Of a stretch of 32,000 bases of DNA, positions 1 to 8,808 are shown piece by piece (position 1 is the first letter of the stretch; the number at the start of each line of letters is the position of its first letter). The DNA is taken from contig NC_014972.1 in the NCBI RefSeq assembly GCF_000186885.1, forward strand, positions 3,210,001-3,242,000, written 5' to 3'. The position numbers were made by a program, and so were the translations under genes. The DNA comes from Desulfobulbus propionicus DSM 2032. Lineage in GTDB: Bacteria > Desulfobacterota > Desulfobulbia > Desulfobulbales > Desulfobulbaceae. The notes beneath the pieces are model-generated. The model saw only the letters and a program-made list of their open reading frames with translations. It was not told the origin of the DNA and searched no databases.

Positions 1-331
1 GGGCGATCTCCACCGCCACATCCTGATTCTTTTTCCACACCCGCCGCTGGTTGCGGTTGGGACAAAGCCGGTCCGGACGGATGCGAATGGGCACACACTG
101 CCTGCATTCCGGACAGTGCATGTTGTACATGCAGTTGCCGTTGCGGCGGTACCCGTAGGCCAAAAAATCGCCCATGGTGGCATCGTCGATCGGGGCAAGG
201 ATCGCCTGGTGGTACACCGCCTTGGTGCCCATGCCATACGGGCAGTCGGCGGCGGTGTGGATGAAGAATTGCCGCAACTCTCTGGCAAGGCTCGGCGGGA
301 TATCGTCCTGCCTATCGTTTCGACCGGTCAT
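1..331 (-). CDS. bpt: Aspartate/glutamate leucyltransferase / arginyl-tRNA-protein transferase family (Bpt/Ate-like), 3' part beyond the window edge
   Basis: Own reverse-strand translation from ATG at 331: MTGRNDRQDDIPPSLARELRQFFIHTAADCPYGM...MGDFLAYGYRRNGNCMYNMHCPECRQCVPIRIRPDRLCPNRNQRRVWKKNQDVAVEIA. The pattern [YF]RR(S/N)G...Y..HCP.C..CVP(V/I)RI...F.PNR.QRRV is typical of the family. GAGGAG Shine-Dalgarno just upstream. Confidence 0.85.
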   Translation of the reverse strand, partial: MTGRNDRQDDIPPSLARELRQFFIHTAADCPYGMGTKAVYHQAILAPIDDATMGDFLAYGYRRNGNCMYNMHCPECRQCVPIRIRPDRLCPNRNQRRVWKKNQDVAVEIA

Positions 332-346
332 TCTGGATTCCTCTCC

Positions 347-2332
347 TCACACCAGTCCCTGATCAAGCATGGCATCGGCCACCTTGACAAAACCGGCAAT
401 ATTCGCGCCGGCCAGATAGTCTCCTTCCAGGCCATAGGCCGCGGCCGCCTCCAGGCAGGTTCGATGAATGGTGTGCATGATGGCCCGCAGCCGGCCCTCC
501 ACCTCTTCCCGCGACCAGCTGATGCGCATCGCATCCTGGGCCATCTCCAGGCCGGACACCGCCACACCGCCGGCATTGGCCGCCTTGGCCGGACCAAAGA
601 GGATGCCCTGGTCGCGAAAAAAGGCGATGGCCTCAGGTGTTGAAGGCATGTTCGCCCCTTCGCAGACCAACCGCACACCAGCGGCGGCCAGATGTTGGGC
701 ATCGGCAAGATTGAGCTCGTTCTGGGTTGCCGCCGGCAAAGCGCAATCAGCCGGGTACCGCCACAACGGGTTCCAACCCAGGGTTGGGTTCGCCGCCACG
801 TAAAGGGCATGCGGATAGCGCTCGCTGTACTCCCCAATACGCCCCCGGTGGATGTTCTTCAGCGTCTTGATGAACTCCAGCTTGCTCGCATCGATGCCCT
901 CTTCATCGTAGATATGGCCAGAGGAATCGGACAGGCTCAGCACCGTGCCCCCCATTTGCACAATTTTCTCGGCAACGAACTGGGCCACGTTGCCCGAGCC
1001 CGACACCAGGCACCGCTTGCCGGCCAAGGTCTCGCCCCGGTGGGCGAGCATGGCTGCGGTGAAATAGACCACCCCGTAGCCCGTGGCCTCGGGCCGGATC
1101 AGGCTGCCGCCCCATGCCAGCCCCTTGCCGGTCAGCACCCCGGTGAACTTGTTTTGCAATTTTTTATACATGCCGAACAGGTAGCCGATCTCTCGGGCCC
1201 CAACGCCGATATCGCCCGCCGGCACGTCGGTATCCTCGCCGATGTGGCGGAACAGTTCGGCCATGAAGGCCTGGCAGAAGCGCATGATCTCGGCATCGGA
1301 GCGCCCTTTGGGATCAAAATCAGCGCCCCCCTTGGCCCCGCCCATGGCCAGGGTGGTGAGGCTGTTCTTGAACACCTGTTCAAAGGCGAGAAATTTGATG
1401 ATCGACAGGTTGACCGAGGGGTGAAAGCGTAGGCCGCCCTTGTAAGGACCGATGGCCGAGTTCATTTCCACCCGGTAGCCACGGTTGACGTGAATCGCCC
1501 CTTGATCGTCCATCCAGGGCACGCGGAACATGATCATCCGCTCCGGCTCAACCAGCCGTTCCACCACGGCGTGCCGCCGGTACTCGGGATGACGATCAAG
1601 CACCGGCCTGATCGTCGCCAGCAATTCGCCGACCGCCTGGTGGAACTCCCGTTGTTCGGGATCGCGCCGCAGGATGGTGGCCAACACCTCGTCCACAGCT
1701 GGTTTCTGTTTCGCTTCCGCGGATCCGCGACCAATGGAGCTATCGGCGGTGCCAAGATCCCGGGGCGTGTTGACATTGCGCCACGAGGGACGCAGATGCT
1801 CCGGTGGCCGGGGGGTTGCTACGCCGGGCGCCGAGCGCAGTTGATTGATCCGTCGCTGGTTGCTTGCGGCCATCGCTTCCAGCAGCGGCCGGCAGGACTG
1901 GTCATAATAGGCCAAGAGCGGTTCGACCCGGCCATTCCCCGCCAGGTCCGGCATGACCGCGACCACCCCCGGCTGCCGGCAGTCGAGCAACCACTGCAGG
2001 GCCTCCTCCCCCATGTCGGGCAGATCGCAGGCCACCACCAGCCAGGAGACGTCGGGGAAGGCGCGAAAGGCGGCAAGAATCCCCGCCAACGGGCCCGCCA
2101 ACCCGGGAACATCGTCCACCCGGATCATCTCGGCAAGCGCGGCGGGCAAGGCGCCGGCTCCGGCGATCACCACCTGTTCCACTCGACCCCGCAGGACGGC
2201 CACGGTTCGCTCGATCCATGTCCTTCCTGCCGTTTCAAGCAGATGCTTGGGCGTCCCCATGCGGCTGCTCTTGCCGCCGATGAGCACACAGCCCCAGACA
2301 GGCGTCCGCCCATGTTCGCGGATGGACATCAT
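347..2332 (-). CDS. Fused MobA-type molybdenum cofactor guanylyltransferase domain + NADP-specific glutamate dehydrogenase (GdhA)
   Basis: One uninterrupted ORF. Residues after the ATG at 2332 give MMSIREHGRTPVWGCVLIGGKSSRMGTPKHLL...VACDLPDM...RNVNTPRDL (MobA). These are followed by RRDPEQREFHQAVGELLATIRPVLDRHPEYRR...FRVPWMDDQG...GPYKGGLRFHPSVNLSIIKFLAFEQVFKNSLTTLAMGGAKGG...CEGANMPSTPEAI...GANIAGFVKVADAMLDQGLV (full-length GdhA). The start ATG overlaps the mqnD stop (ATGA). Confidence 0.9.
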   Translation of the reverse strand: MMSIREHGRTPVWGCVLIGGKSSRMGTPKHLLETAGRTWIERTVAVLRGRVEQVVIAGAGALPAALAEMIRVDDVPGLAGPLAGILAAFRAFPDVSWLVVACDLPDMGEEALQWLLDCRQPGVVAVMPDLAGNGRVEPLLAYYDQSCRPLLEAMAASNQRRINQLRSAPGVATPRPPEHLRPSWRNVNTPRDLGTADSSIGRGSAEAKQKPAVDEVLATILRRDPEQREFHQAVGELLATIRPVLDRHPEYRRHAVVERLVEPERMIMFRVPWMDDQGAIHVNRGYRVEMNSAIGPYKGGLRFHPSVNLSIIKFLAFEQVFKNSLTTLAMGGAKGGADFDPKGRSDAEIMRFCQAFMAELFRHIGEDTDVPAGDIGVGAREIGYLFGMYKKLQNKFTGVLTGKGLAWGGSLIRPEATGYGVVYFTAAMLAHRGETLAGKRCLVSGSGNVAQFVAEKIVQMGGTVLSLSDSSGHIYDEEGIDASKLEFIKTLKNIHRGRIGEYSERYPHALYVAANPTLGWNPLWRYPADCALPAATQNELNLADAQHLAAAGVRLVCEGANMPSTPEAIAFFRDQGILFGPAKAANAGGVAVSGLEMAQDAMRISWSREEVEGRLRAIMHTIHRTCLEAAAAYGLEGDYLAGANIAGFVKVADAMLDQGLV

Positions 2333-3168
2333 GTCCGATGCGCGCATTCGGCAAAAAGTCCGGCGGCAGCGCCGCGACGCAGCAATTCGCGCACGGCCCG
2401 GAGGCCACTGTCGCCAAGATCGCGGGAGAACGCATTGACATAGAGACCGATATGGCTGTTGATCACCTCCGGAGCCATTTCCTGGGCATGGATCTTGATG
2501 TACTCCCACCCTTCATCCGGGTGGGAATCCGCCCAACGGATGCTGGCGGCGATGGCGCTCTCAACGGCGGTCCGCACGGCCGGTTGCAGGGTTCTTTTGG
2601 CGACAATGCAGCCCAAAGGGATGGGCAGCCCGGTGGTCTCCTCCCACCATTGGCCAAGATCCTGAATGCAGCGCAATCCGAGCGGCTGGTAGGTAAAGCG
2701 GCTTTCATGGATGATCACCCCGGCATCGACCTCACCCCGGCAGATGGCCTCCATGATCCGGTCAAAACGCATCACCACCAACTGACGGCAGTCTGGACGG
2801 TAAAGCCGCAGCAGCAAGGCGGCCGTGGTGTAGGCGCCAGGTATGGCAATCTTCCATGCCGCGATGTCCGGAGGGGTGTCACGATCGCCGGCTGCGATCA
2901 GCAGGGGACCGCAGCCACGGCCCAACGCCGCGCCGGCATGAAGCAGCGCGTAGCGGTCAAGCACGTGCCCCAGGGCATGAAAGGAGATCTTGCTCACATC
3001 CAGGCGGCCCTCGATGGCCCACTGGTTGAGCGTTTCCACATCCTCCAGCACTGGTTGGGCGAAACGCGCACCGGAAAGCGGCACCCTGCCATGCACCAAG
3101 CCATTGAAAATATAGGTATCGTTGGGACAGGGAGAAAACCCCAGGGACAGGGCGTGTTGTTCAGTCAT
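2329..3168 (-). CDS. mqnD: 1,4-dihydroxy-6-naphthoate synthase (futalosine menaquinone pathway)
   Basis: MTEQHALSLGFSPCPNDTYIFNGLVHG...ISFHALGHVLDRYALLHAGAALGRGCGPLL...PGAYTTAALLLRLY...VDAGVIIHESRFTY: hallmark MqnD motifs. Confidence 0.93.
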   Translation of the reverse strand: MTEQHALSLGFSPCPNDTYIFNGLVHGRVPLSGARFAQPVLEDVETLNQWAIEGRLDVSKISFHALGHVLDRYALLHAGAALGRGCGPLLIAAGDRDTPPDIAAWKIAIPGAYTTAALLLRLYRPDCRQLVVMRFDRIMEAICRGEVDAGVIIHESRFTYQPLGLRCIQDLGQWWEETTGLPIPLGCIVAKRTLQPAVRTAVESAIAASIRWADSHPDEGWEYIKIHAQEMAPEVINSHIGLYVNAFSRDLGDSGLRAVRELLRRGAAAGLFAECAHRT

Positions 3169-3820
3169 GTTGCAGTCCTTTGATCACCAGCGCGGCCACC
3201 TCGCCGCACCGGACACAGGCGTCGCGCAGTCGCCATTGTTGGAGATTACGGTCTTCGACCAGATTGGAGATGCATCGCAGTTCAAGCAGCGGCAGGCTAA
3301 ACCGCTGGCAGACCCGGGCCGCGGCCGCGCCTTCCATGTTTTCACAAAGCGCCTGGTGCTGCCGGGCGAGCATCGTGCCGCGCCGGCGTGAACCGCTGAC
3401 GCAACTGACGGTGACAAAGGTTCCGCGATGGAATGGAACCTTGGCGGAGGTGAGCGCCGTCGCGGCCTGCGCAAGCAAATCGCTGTCGAGCTCAAACGCA
3501 TCGTGGATCGTTAGGCCCTCGCCTCGGAGCGGCTCCGTCATTTCTCCGTAACAGACGCCGAGATCGCCGAGAATCTCACGCTCCGCCAGGCAGATATCCA
3601 GCAGGGCCGCGCCTCCCGCTTCCCGGCAATAGGCTCCGGCGACTCCGAAATTCACTATCGCGCGAAAGGAAACGGTCGGACAGGCTAGCACGGCGGTCAA
3701 ATGCATGGCTGTTTCCACCGGACCAATGCCGGTGATCAGGGGCGACCATCCCCCGGAGGCGGGGCAAACAGTGGCAAAAGCCTCCATTTCAAAGGACGTT
3801 GCGGCGGTGACGAGGAGCAT
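3161..3820 (-). CDS. mqnB: Futalosine hydrolase
   Basis: MLLVTAATSFEMEAFA...GIGPVETAMHLT...VNFGVAGAY...LAEREILGDLGV...CENMEGAAAARVCQRF...EVRCISN-like motif; adjacent to and overlapping mqnD by 8 nt. Confidence 0.9.
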   Translation of the reverse strand: MLLVTAATSFEMEAFATVCPASGGWSPLITGIGPVETAMHLTAVLACPTVSFRAIVNFGVAGAYCREAGGAALLDICLAEREILGDLGVCYGEMTEPLRGEGLTIHDAFELDSDLLAQAATALTSAKVPFHRGTFVTVSCVSGSRRRGTMLARQHQALCENMEGAAAARVCQRFSLPLLELRCISNLVEDRNLQQWRLRDACVRCGEVAALVIKGLQHD

Positions 3821-4024
3821 GCAAGAAGCGGAGACGATTATTGTGCGGAAAGGAAGTGGACCTATCGGACATGGACTGTGGATACCGGCTGTTCGCTTGG
3901 CCTCCAGCTGTCAGAGATTTTCCTGTGGCCATCGGCGAATAGACCGAGACTTTTTGTGCAATGTAAAGTAGGTTAGCGGCCTTTGCAAGATAATCACCGT
4001 GTTTCTCTCCCTGCTGCTGTCCCC

Positions 4025-5128
4025 ATGATCGACTTTCATCACCGGCTGGATGCGTACGACTACGACCTGCCGCCGGAGCGCATTGCCCAGTTCCCCGAAC
4101 CCCAACGTGATCATTCCCGGCTGCTAGTTCTCGACACCAACGTCCCTGAACTCGTTCACCGGCGGTTTGCCGACATTGTCGACCATCTCCGGCCCTCCGA
4201 CCTGCTGGTCATCAACAGCACCAAGGTCTTTCCCGCCCGCTTGCTGGGCAGGAAGGAAACCGGCGGCAAGGTGGAACTCTTTCTGCTCAACTTTCCCCAT
4301 TCGCCCACCACGACCGATCCGACGTCCTCATGGCACGAGGCCACGGCCACCGCGCTGCTCAAGAGTTCCAAACGCCCCAAGGTCGGCGGGTCGCTGCTGT
4401 TTGACGAACAATTTCACGCCCGGGTTGACGCCTTGCTGGGCGATGGCAAGGCTGAGGTTACCCTGCGGTATCGGCCCGCACCCGGCCAATCACTCCAGGA
4501 CCTGTTGGAACGCCATGGCCAGATGCCGCTGCCACCCTATATCGATCGGCCAAACGGCAATGTCGAGGAGGATCTCCATCGCTACCAGACCCGCTATGCC
4601 AGCCAAGTCGGTTCTGTGGCCGCGCCCACCGCCGGCCTGCATTTCAGCGATGCGCTGCTTGCCCAGATCAGGGCAAAGAGGGTGGACATTGCGCCGCTTG
4701 TGCTCCATGTCGGCTACGGCACCTTCGCGCCGGTGCGCAGCGAAGACATCCGGGAGCATCGCATCCATCGGGAATGGGTGGAAATACCGGCGGCAACCGC
4801 GGCCAAGGTCAATCAAACCAAGGCGGCGGGCGGCAGAATTTGGGCAGTGGGCACCACCACGGTCCGCAGCCTGGAGTTTGCTGCCGATCAACACGGACAG
4901 GTTCAGCCGGGGGCAAGCGAGTGCGACCTCTTCATTTATCCTGGATTCCAATTTCGAGTGATCGACAACCTGATCACCAACTTTCACCTGCCGAAATCAT
5001 CGCTGCTCTTTTTAGTTTCCGCCCTGGCCGGCCGACAACGGATTCTCGCCGCCTACAAGGAAGCTATCGCCTCCTCCTACCGTTTTTTTTCCTATGGCGA
5101 CGCCATGGCTATTGTCACCAAGCCTTGA
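4025..5128 (+). CDS. queA: S-adenosylmethionine:tRNA ribosyltransferase-isomerase
   Basis: MIDFHHRLDAYDYDLPPERIAQFPEPQRDHSRLLVL...FADIVDHLRPSDLLVINSTKVFPARLLGRK...VGSVAAPTAGLHFS...VLHVGYGTFAPVR...TTTVRSLEFAA...NLITNFHLPKSSLLFLVSALAG. Confidence 0.96.
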   Translation: MIDFHHRLDAYDYDLPPERIAQFPEPQRDHSRLLVLDTNVPELVHRRFADIVDHLRPSDLLVINSTKVFPARLLGRKETGGKVELFLLNFPHSPTTTDPTSSWHEATATALLKSSKRPKVGGSLLFDEQFHARVDALLGDGKAEVTLRYRPAPGQSLQDLLERHGQMPLPPYIDRPNGNVEEDLHRYQTRYASQVGSVAAPTAGLHFSDALLAQIRAKRVDIAPLVLHVGYGTFAPVRSEDIREHRIHREWVEIPAATAAKVNQTKAAGGRIWAVGTTTVRSLEFAADQHGQVQPGASECDLFIYPGFQFRVIDNLITNFHLPKSSLLFLVSALAGRQRILAAYKEAIASSYRFFSYGDAMAIVTKP

Positions 5129-5154
5129 GCATCGAACCGCCCCTGCCGCCCTCC

Positions 5155-5183
5155 CAATAAAAAACCCGGCTTGAAGCCGGGTT
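5155..5183 (-). terminator. Rho-independent terminator downstream of the FmdB-like gene
   Basis: Inverted repeat AACCCGGCTT/AAGCCGGGTT (5163-5172 and 5174-5183); on the minus strand it is followed by TTTTTTATTG. Confidence 0.8.
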
Positions 5184-5208
5184 GAGCAAACGCATGTGTA
5201 TCAAGCAA

Positions 5209-5496
5209 TTAATGAGCCGCGGGGCAATGGCAACACCCCCCTCCACTGGCGGGGCAGGAGGCACCGCCACTTTCGGCGCTGGCCGCGCCTCCTCCTTTGG
5301 TTTCTTTGCCGCTGGAACAGGCGCTATAGCCGTCGGTATACCACCCGCCGCCTTTCAACTGAAAGGAACTCATGGAGATCAGCTTGCGGACCTCCCCGCC
5401 GCACTCGGGGCAAACCGTGATCGGTGCATCGGCGATACGTTGCTGCATTTCAAATACTTTTTGACATCCATTGCATTCATACTCATACACTGGCAT
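5209..5496 (-). CDS. FmdB-family zinc ribbon protein
   Basis: MPVYEYECNGCQKVFEMQQRIADAPITVCPECGGEVRKLISMSSFQLKGGGWYTDGY: typical MP.YEY.C..C...FE and CP.CGG.V.+L...F.LKG.GWY, with a Cys/Gly-rich tail. Confidence 0.9.
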   Translation of the reverse strand: MPVYEYECNGCQKVFEMQQRIADAPITVCPECGGEVRKLISMSSFQLKGGGWYTDGYSACSSGKETKGGGAASAESGGASCPASGGGCCHCPAAH

Positions 5497-5861
5497 AACA
5501 CGACCTCTCAACGCTATCTATATAGTAAGGGGGGAAGAATGAGCGTAGCTGTAAACAGGGGCAAAAATAATGATTCCCGCCCCCCCTGTCAACTCCTGTC
5601 GCTCGCCCATTCTTGGCCGCTCCCACATCGCGACGCGAAAATCAACACCTTGGCCTGCCAACAAAAAAATCCTCTTTCTCGACATACAAATACTCTTTTT
5701 TGATCAATCAATAATTTCCGGACCGCGACGGGTGGCTGATTGACTCTTTTTCGATCCATCGGAATAAAACAATTGCATTGCGCTACCACCTGCCCTATTA
5801 TTAGAGTAATTTTAAAAGAAACCACCTGTATCCCATTACATTCATTACTCAGGAGACACCA

Positions 5862-6305
5862 ATGAGTAAATCTCTCGTTGAAATGACCGCCGAAATCATT
5901 CAATCGCAAATCAGCAGCAAACAAATGTCAACAGAAGAAATAAAGGCGGCGCTTAACGATACATTTCAAACCCTTAAAGCACTTCAAGAATCCGAATCCG
6001 TCGGCATTGAAGCTGAACCTGAAGAAATCAATCCTGCTATAGACCCGAAAAAGTCCATCCAGAAGAATAAAATTATCTGCCTGGAATGCGGACAGGAATT
6101 CAAGATGCTTTCGCCAAAGCATCTGAAGTCGCACGGTCTCAATTCCAAGGAGTATCGCAAAAAACATGGATTTTCCGCTCGGCAACCGTTGTGCGCCAAG
6201 GCGTTGTCGGAAAAACGTTCACAATCGGGCAAAGAACGGGGCTTACCGGATAATCTTCGCAAGGCCATTGAAATGCGCACCAAAGATTCAGCAAAGAAAA
6301 AATAA
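5862..6305 (+). CDS. MucR/Ros family transcriptional regulator
   Basis: N-terminal LVEMTAEIIQSQIS...MSTEEIKAALNDTFQTLKAL, then CLECGQEFKMLSPKHLKSHGLNSKEYRKKHGF (Ros/MucR zinc-finger region). Preceded by AGGAGACACC. Confidence 0.88.
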   Translation: MSKSLVEMTAEIIQSQISSKQMSTEEIKAALNDTFQTLKALQESESVGIEAEPEEINPAIDPKKSIQKNKIICLECGQEFKMLSPKHLKSHGLNSKEYRKKHGFSARQPLCAKALSEKRSQSGKERGLPDNLRKAIEMRTKDSAKKK

Positions 6306-6341
6306 TTTTCTGTTTGTTCAATAGCATGCGGAGCATTCGGT

Positions 6342-6369
6342 GTGGTGGTCCTCTCGACACGACCACCAC
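6342..6369 (+). terminator. Perfect 9-bp hairpin after the mucR-like gene (possible terminator, weak U-tract)
   Basis: GTGGTGGTC (6342-6350) ... GACCACCAC (6361-6369), followed by CCATTTCG. Confidence 0.4.
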
Positions 6370-6518
6370 CCATTTCGTCGCAACCGCATGGTTTTCGGGC
6401 GTATCCATAGACGTTCATTCGCACCCGTGCCCAGGATGACATTTTTTCTTTCCTCCCGCACGCTTCGTGTTTGTCGCCTCGCCTTGCACTCTTTCGTTTA
6501 CCCTGTTCCTGCATTCCC

Positions 6519-7307
6519 ATGATCGGCATCTTTGATTCCGGTGTCGGCGGTATGACCGTTGCCCGCGCCATTGAACAGTTCTGCCCGGGTTTTCCCCTGG
6601 TCTATCTCGGCGATCTCGCACGGACCCCCTACGGCTCAAAGAGTCCGGCAATGATCACCGAATACTCGCACCGCAATACCGACTTTCTCCTCCGGCAGGG
6701 CGCCAAACTGATCGTCATCGCCTGCAACTCGGCCGCGAGCACGGCCTCTTCCTTCTTGCGCAGCCACTACCACCAATTGATCATCGACGTGATCTTCCCT
6801 GCCGTGGATCGTGCGGCCGGGGAGAGCGTCAATGGCCGCATCGGGGTGATCGGTACCCGGGCCACCATCAATTCCGGACTGTATGAACAACGCCTCCAGG
6901 CGGCCCGACCGGACTGCAAGGTCTACAGCCAAGCCTGCCCGCTGCTGGTCCCGCTGGTCGAGGAGGGATGGCTGGAGCGGCGCGAAACCAAAATGATCGT
7001 CAAAAAATATCTCCACCCGCTGCGCGACAAACAAATCGACACCTTGATCCTTGGCTGCACCCATTATCCCTTGCTGAAAAAGACCATTGCCCCGCGCATC
7101 GGCCGGCGGGTGCATATTATCGATTCCTCAGTCGAGGTCGCGCTGCACTTGAAAACTCTTCTGGACAGTGACCACGACCTTCGCCAGTCACTCTACGCCC
7201 CGGACACCCCGAGCCGTTTCTTTGTTTCCGATATTCCTTCTCCGGTGCATGCCCTCGCCAGCAAAATATTCGGCCGGACTGTCCGGTTGGAGAAAACCGA
7301 TGTCTAA
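6519..7307 (+). CDS. murI: Glutamate racemase
   Basis: MIGIFDSGVGGMTVARAI...YLGDLARTPYGSKS...LIVIACNSAASTA...VNGRIGVIGTRATI...LILGCTHYPLLKKTI: both catalytic Cys motifs present. Confidence 0.95.
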   Translation: MIGIFDSGVGGMTVARAIEQFCPGFPLVYLGDLARTPYGSKSPAMITEYSHRNTDFLLRQGAKLIVIACNSAASTASSFLRSHYHQLIIDVIFPAVDRAAGESVNGRIGVIGTRATINSGLYEQRLQAARPDCKVYSQACPLLVPLVEEGWLERRETKMIVKKYLHPLRDKQIDTLILGCTHYPLLKKTIAPRIGRRVHIIDSSVEVALHLKTLLDSDHDLRQSLYAPDTPSRFFVSDIPSPVHALASKIFGRTVRLEKTDV

Positions 7308-8025
7308 TTTGCTCCGTCTTCTCGTCATCGTGTTGCTGCTGACAGTGACAGCCGCGCTTCCCAACAGGGCGAAGGCCGCTCCACCATCCGCAGACACCGT
7401 CTCCCCCGCAACTCGTGTTCTCCAAGTGCAGAAAAAGTATCAGCAATTGCGCAGCCTGGAATTCGATTTTGCCCAGACGACCCAGACCGGTGGCCGGATC
7501 AAGCAGGGGAGCGGTCACGCCACGTTTTACCGTTCCGCCAAGACAACCTCGGACGGCGCGGGGATTATGCGTTGGAACTATAGCGAACCAATCGCCCAGA
7601 TCATCATCAATGACGGCAAGGAGCTTTCTGTCTACACGCCGCAGGATAAACAGCTGCTTGTCTCACCGGTGCAGGATTTGGAATCCGACATCACTTACGC
7701 CATTTTCACCGGCACCAAAGGCTTGCTCGATGAATTTGCCGTCTCTGCCGCGGACGCATTGTTCCTGCTCAACACACCGCCAGCCGCCCTGGACGCCGTC
7801 CTGCTCATCCCCCGGGAACCGCATCCCCAGGTCAAGCGAATTCAGCTCTGGCTGAACGCGGACCATACGTTGCACCGGCTACTGATGGAAGACCATTTCG
7901 GTGCGCTCACAGAACTGACCTTCAGTCAGGTACGGTTCAATACCCTGCCCGCCAATGACCCCCGCCTGGTTCGATCCCTGCTCCAGCTGGATCTGGCGCC
8001 CGGCACGGAAATCATTCGCCAGTAA
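7300..8025 (+). CDS. lolA: Outer-membrane lipoprotein carrier protein LolA
   Basis: Signal-peptide-like N-terminus MSNLLRLLVIVLLLTVTAALPNRAKA, then QVQKKYQQLRSLEFDFAQTTQTGG...KQGSGHATFYR...MRWNYSEP...IINDGKELSVYTPQDKQL. ATG at 7300 overlaps the murI stop. Confidence 0.87.
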   Translation: MSNLLRLLVIVLLLTVTAALPNRAKAAPPSADTVSPATRVLQVQKKYQQLRSLEFDFAQTTQTGGRIKQGSGHATFYRSAKTTSDGAGIMRWNYSEPIAQIIINDGKELSVYTPQDKQLLVSPVQDLESDITYAIFTGTKGLLDEFAVSAADALFLLNTPPAALDAVLLIPREPHPQVKRIQLWLNADHTLHRLLMEDHFGALTELTFSQVRFNTLPANDPRLVRSLLQLDLAPGTEIIRQ

Positions 8026-8204
8026 AGGGCAAATCCGCGGTCTGATTTGTGCTCACCGATTTTCCCACCGCGTCGGGAAAAGACATTGCTCCCAATCGGT
8101 AAGCAGGGTAAAGAAGAGCGATCAAATCATACCCCGACTTTCCTAGCTCGTTCGCGGTCTTCGCCAGCCATAGGTTAATCTCGCCACCGATTCGATCATT
8201 CTGC

Positions 8205-8723
8205 ATGCGCATTGCCGTTCTCTCCGACAGTCATGATCACATTGCCAACCTGCACAGGGCTGTTCAAATGGCCAATCAACATCGGGCGGAACTGCTGCTG
8301 CACTGCGGGGATTTGATTTCTTCCTTCATGCTGCCCTATCTGCACGCTTTTCAAGGCCCGGTTCATCTTGTTTACGGCAACAATATCGGCGACCAGCATC
8401 TGATCGCTACACGCTGCGGCGCAATCTTTGGCAACCTGCATCACCATGGGTGTCATCATGGAACCATCTGTTTGCCCGCGTTGCGCATCGCCTGCCATCA
8501 CTATCCCGCATTCGCCCGTGAGCTGGCCTGTTCTGGACATTTCGATCTTGTCTGTTATGGTCACGACCATCTTTTTCATTCCGAGCAGATCGGTGACTGC
8601 CTGCTGGTTAACCCAGGAGAACTTCTCGGAAAAGACGCTGCTCCCACGTTCGCCTTGGTCGATACCGAACACAAGACGGTGCAACGGCTCGCAGTTGGAA
8701 CCCAGATGTTGATTGACAGTTGA
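8205..8723 (+). CDS. YfcE/MJ0936-family metallophosphodiesterase
   Basis: MRIAVLSDSHDHIANL...LLLHCGDLISSF...VHLVYGNNIGD...LVCYGHDHLFHSEQIGDCLLVNPGELLG: D-x-H, GD, GN(N), GHxH, NPG(S/E) motifs. Confidence 0.9.
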   Translation: MRIAVLSDSHDHIANLHRAVQMANQHRAELLLHCGDLISSFMLPYLHAFQGPVHLVYGNNIGDQHLIATRCGAIFGNLHHHGCHHGTICLPALRIACHHYPAFARELACSGHFDLVCYGHDHLFHSEQIGDCLLVNPGELLGKDAAPTFALVDTEHKTVQRLAVGTQMLIDS

Positions 8724-8808
8724 TCCATCCCGCACGGATGTGATCGCGGCGCTGGCTGCGCCCCATCGGGGGGCCTGCCGGTTAATTTTATCGAGACAGC
8801 AGAGAACC

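Noticed and set aside
692-2443. Long plus-strand ORFs 692..1432 and 1490..2443
   Set aside because: Fully antisense to the MobA::GdhA ORF; low-complexity His/Arg/Gly-rich translations with no family pattern. Typical shadow ORFs in GC-rich DNA.
5182-5703. 173-aa plus-strand ORF
   Set aside because: Antisense to the FmdB-like gene and then runs into an AT-rich intergenic region; no plausible product.
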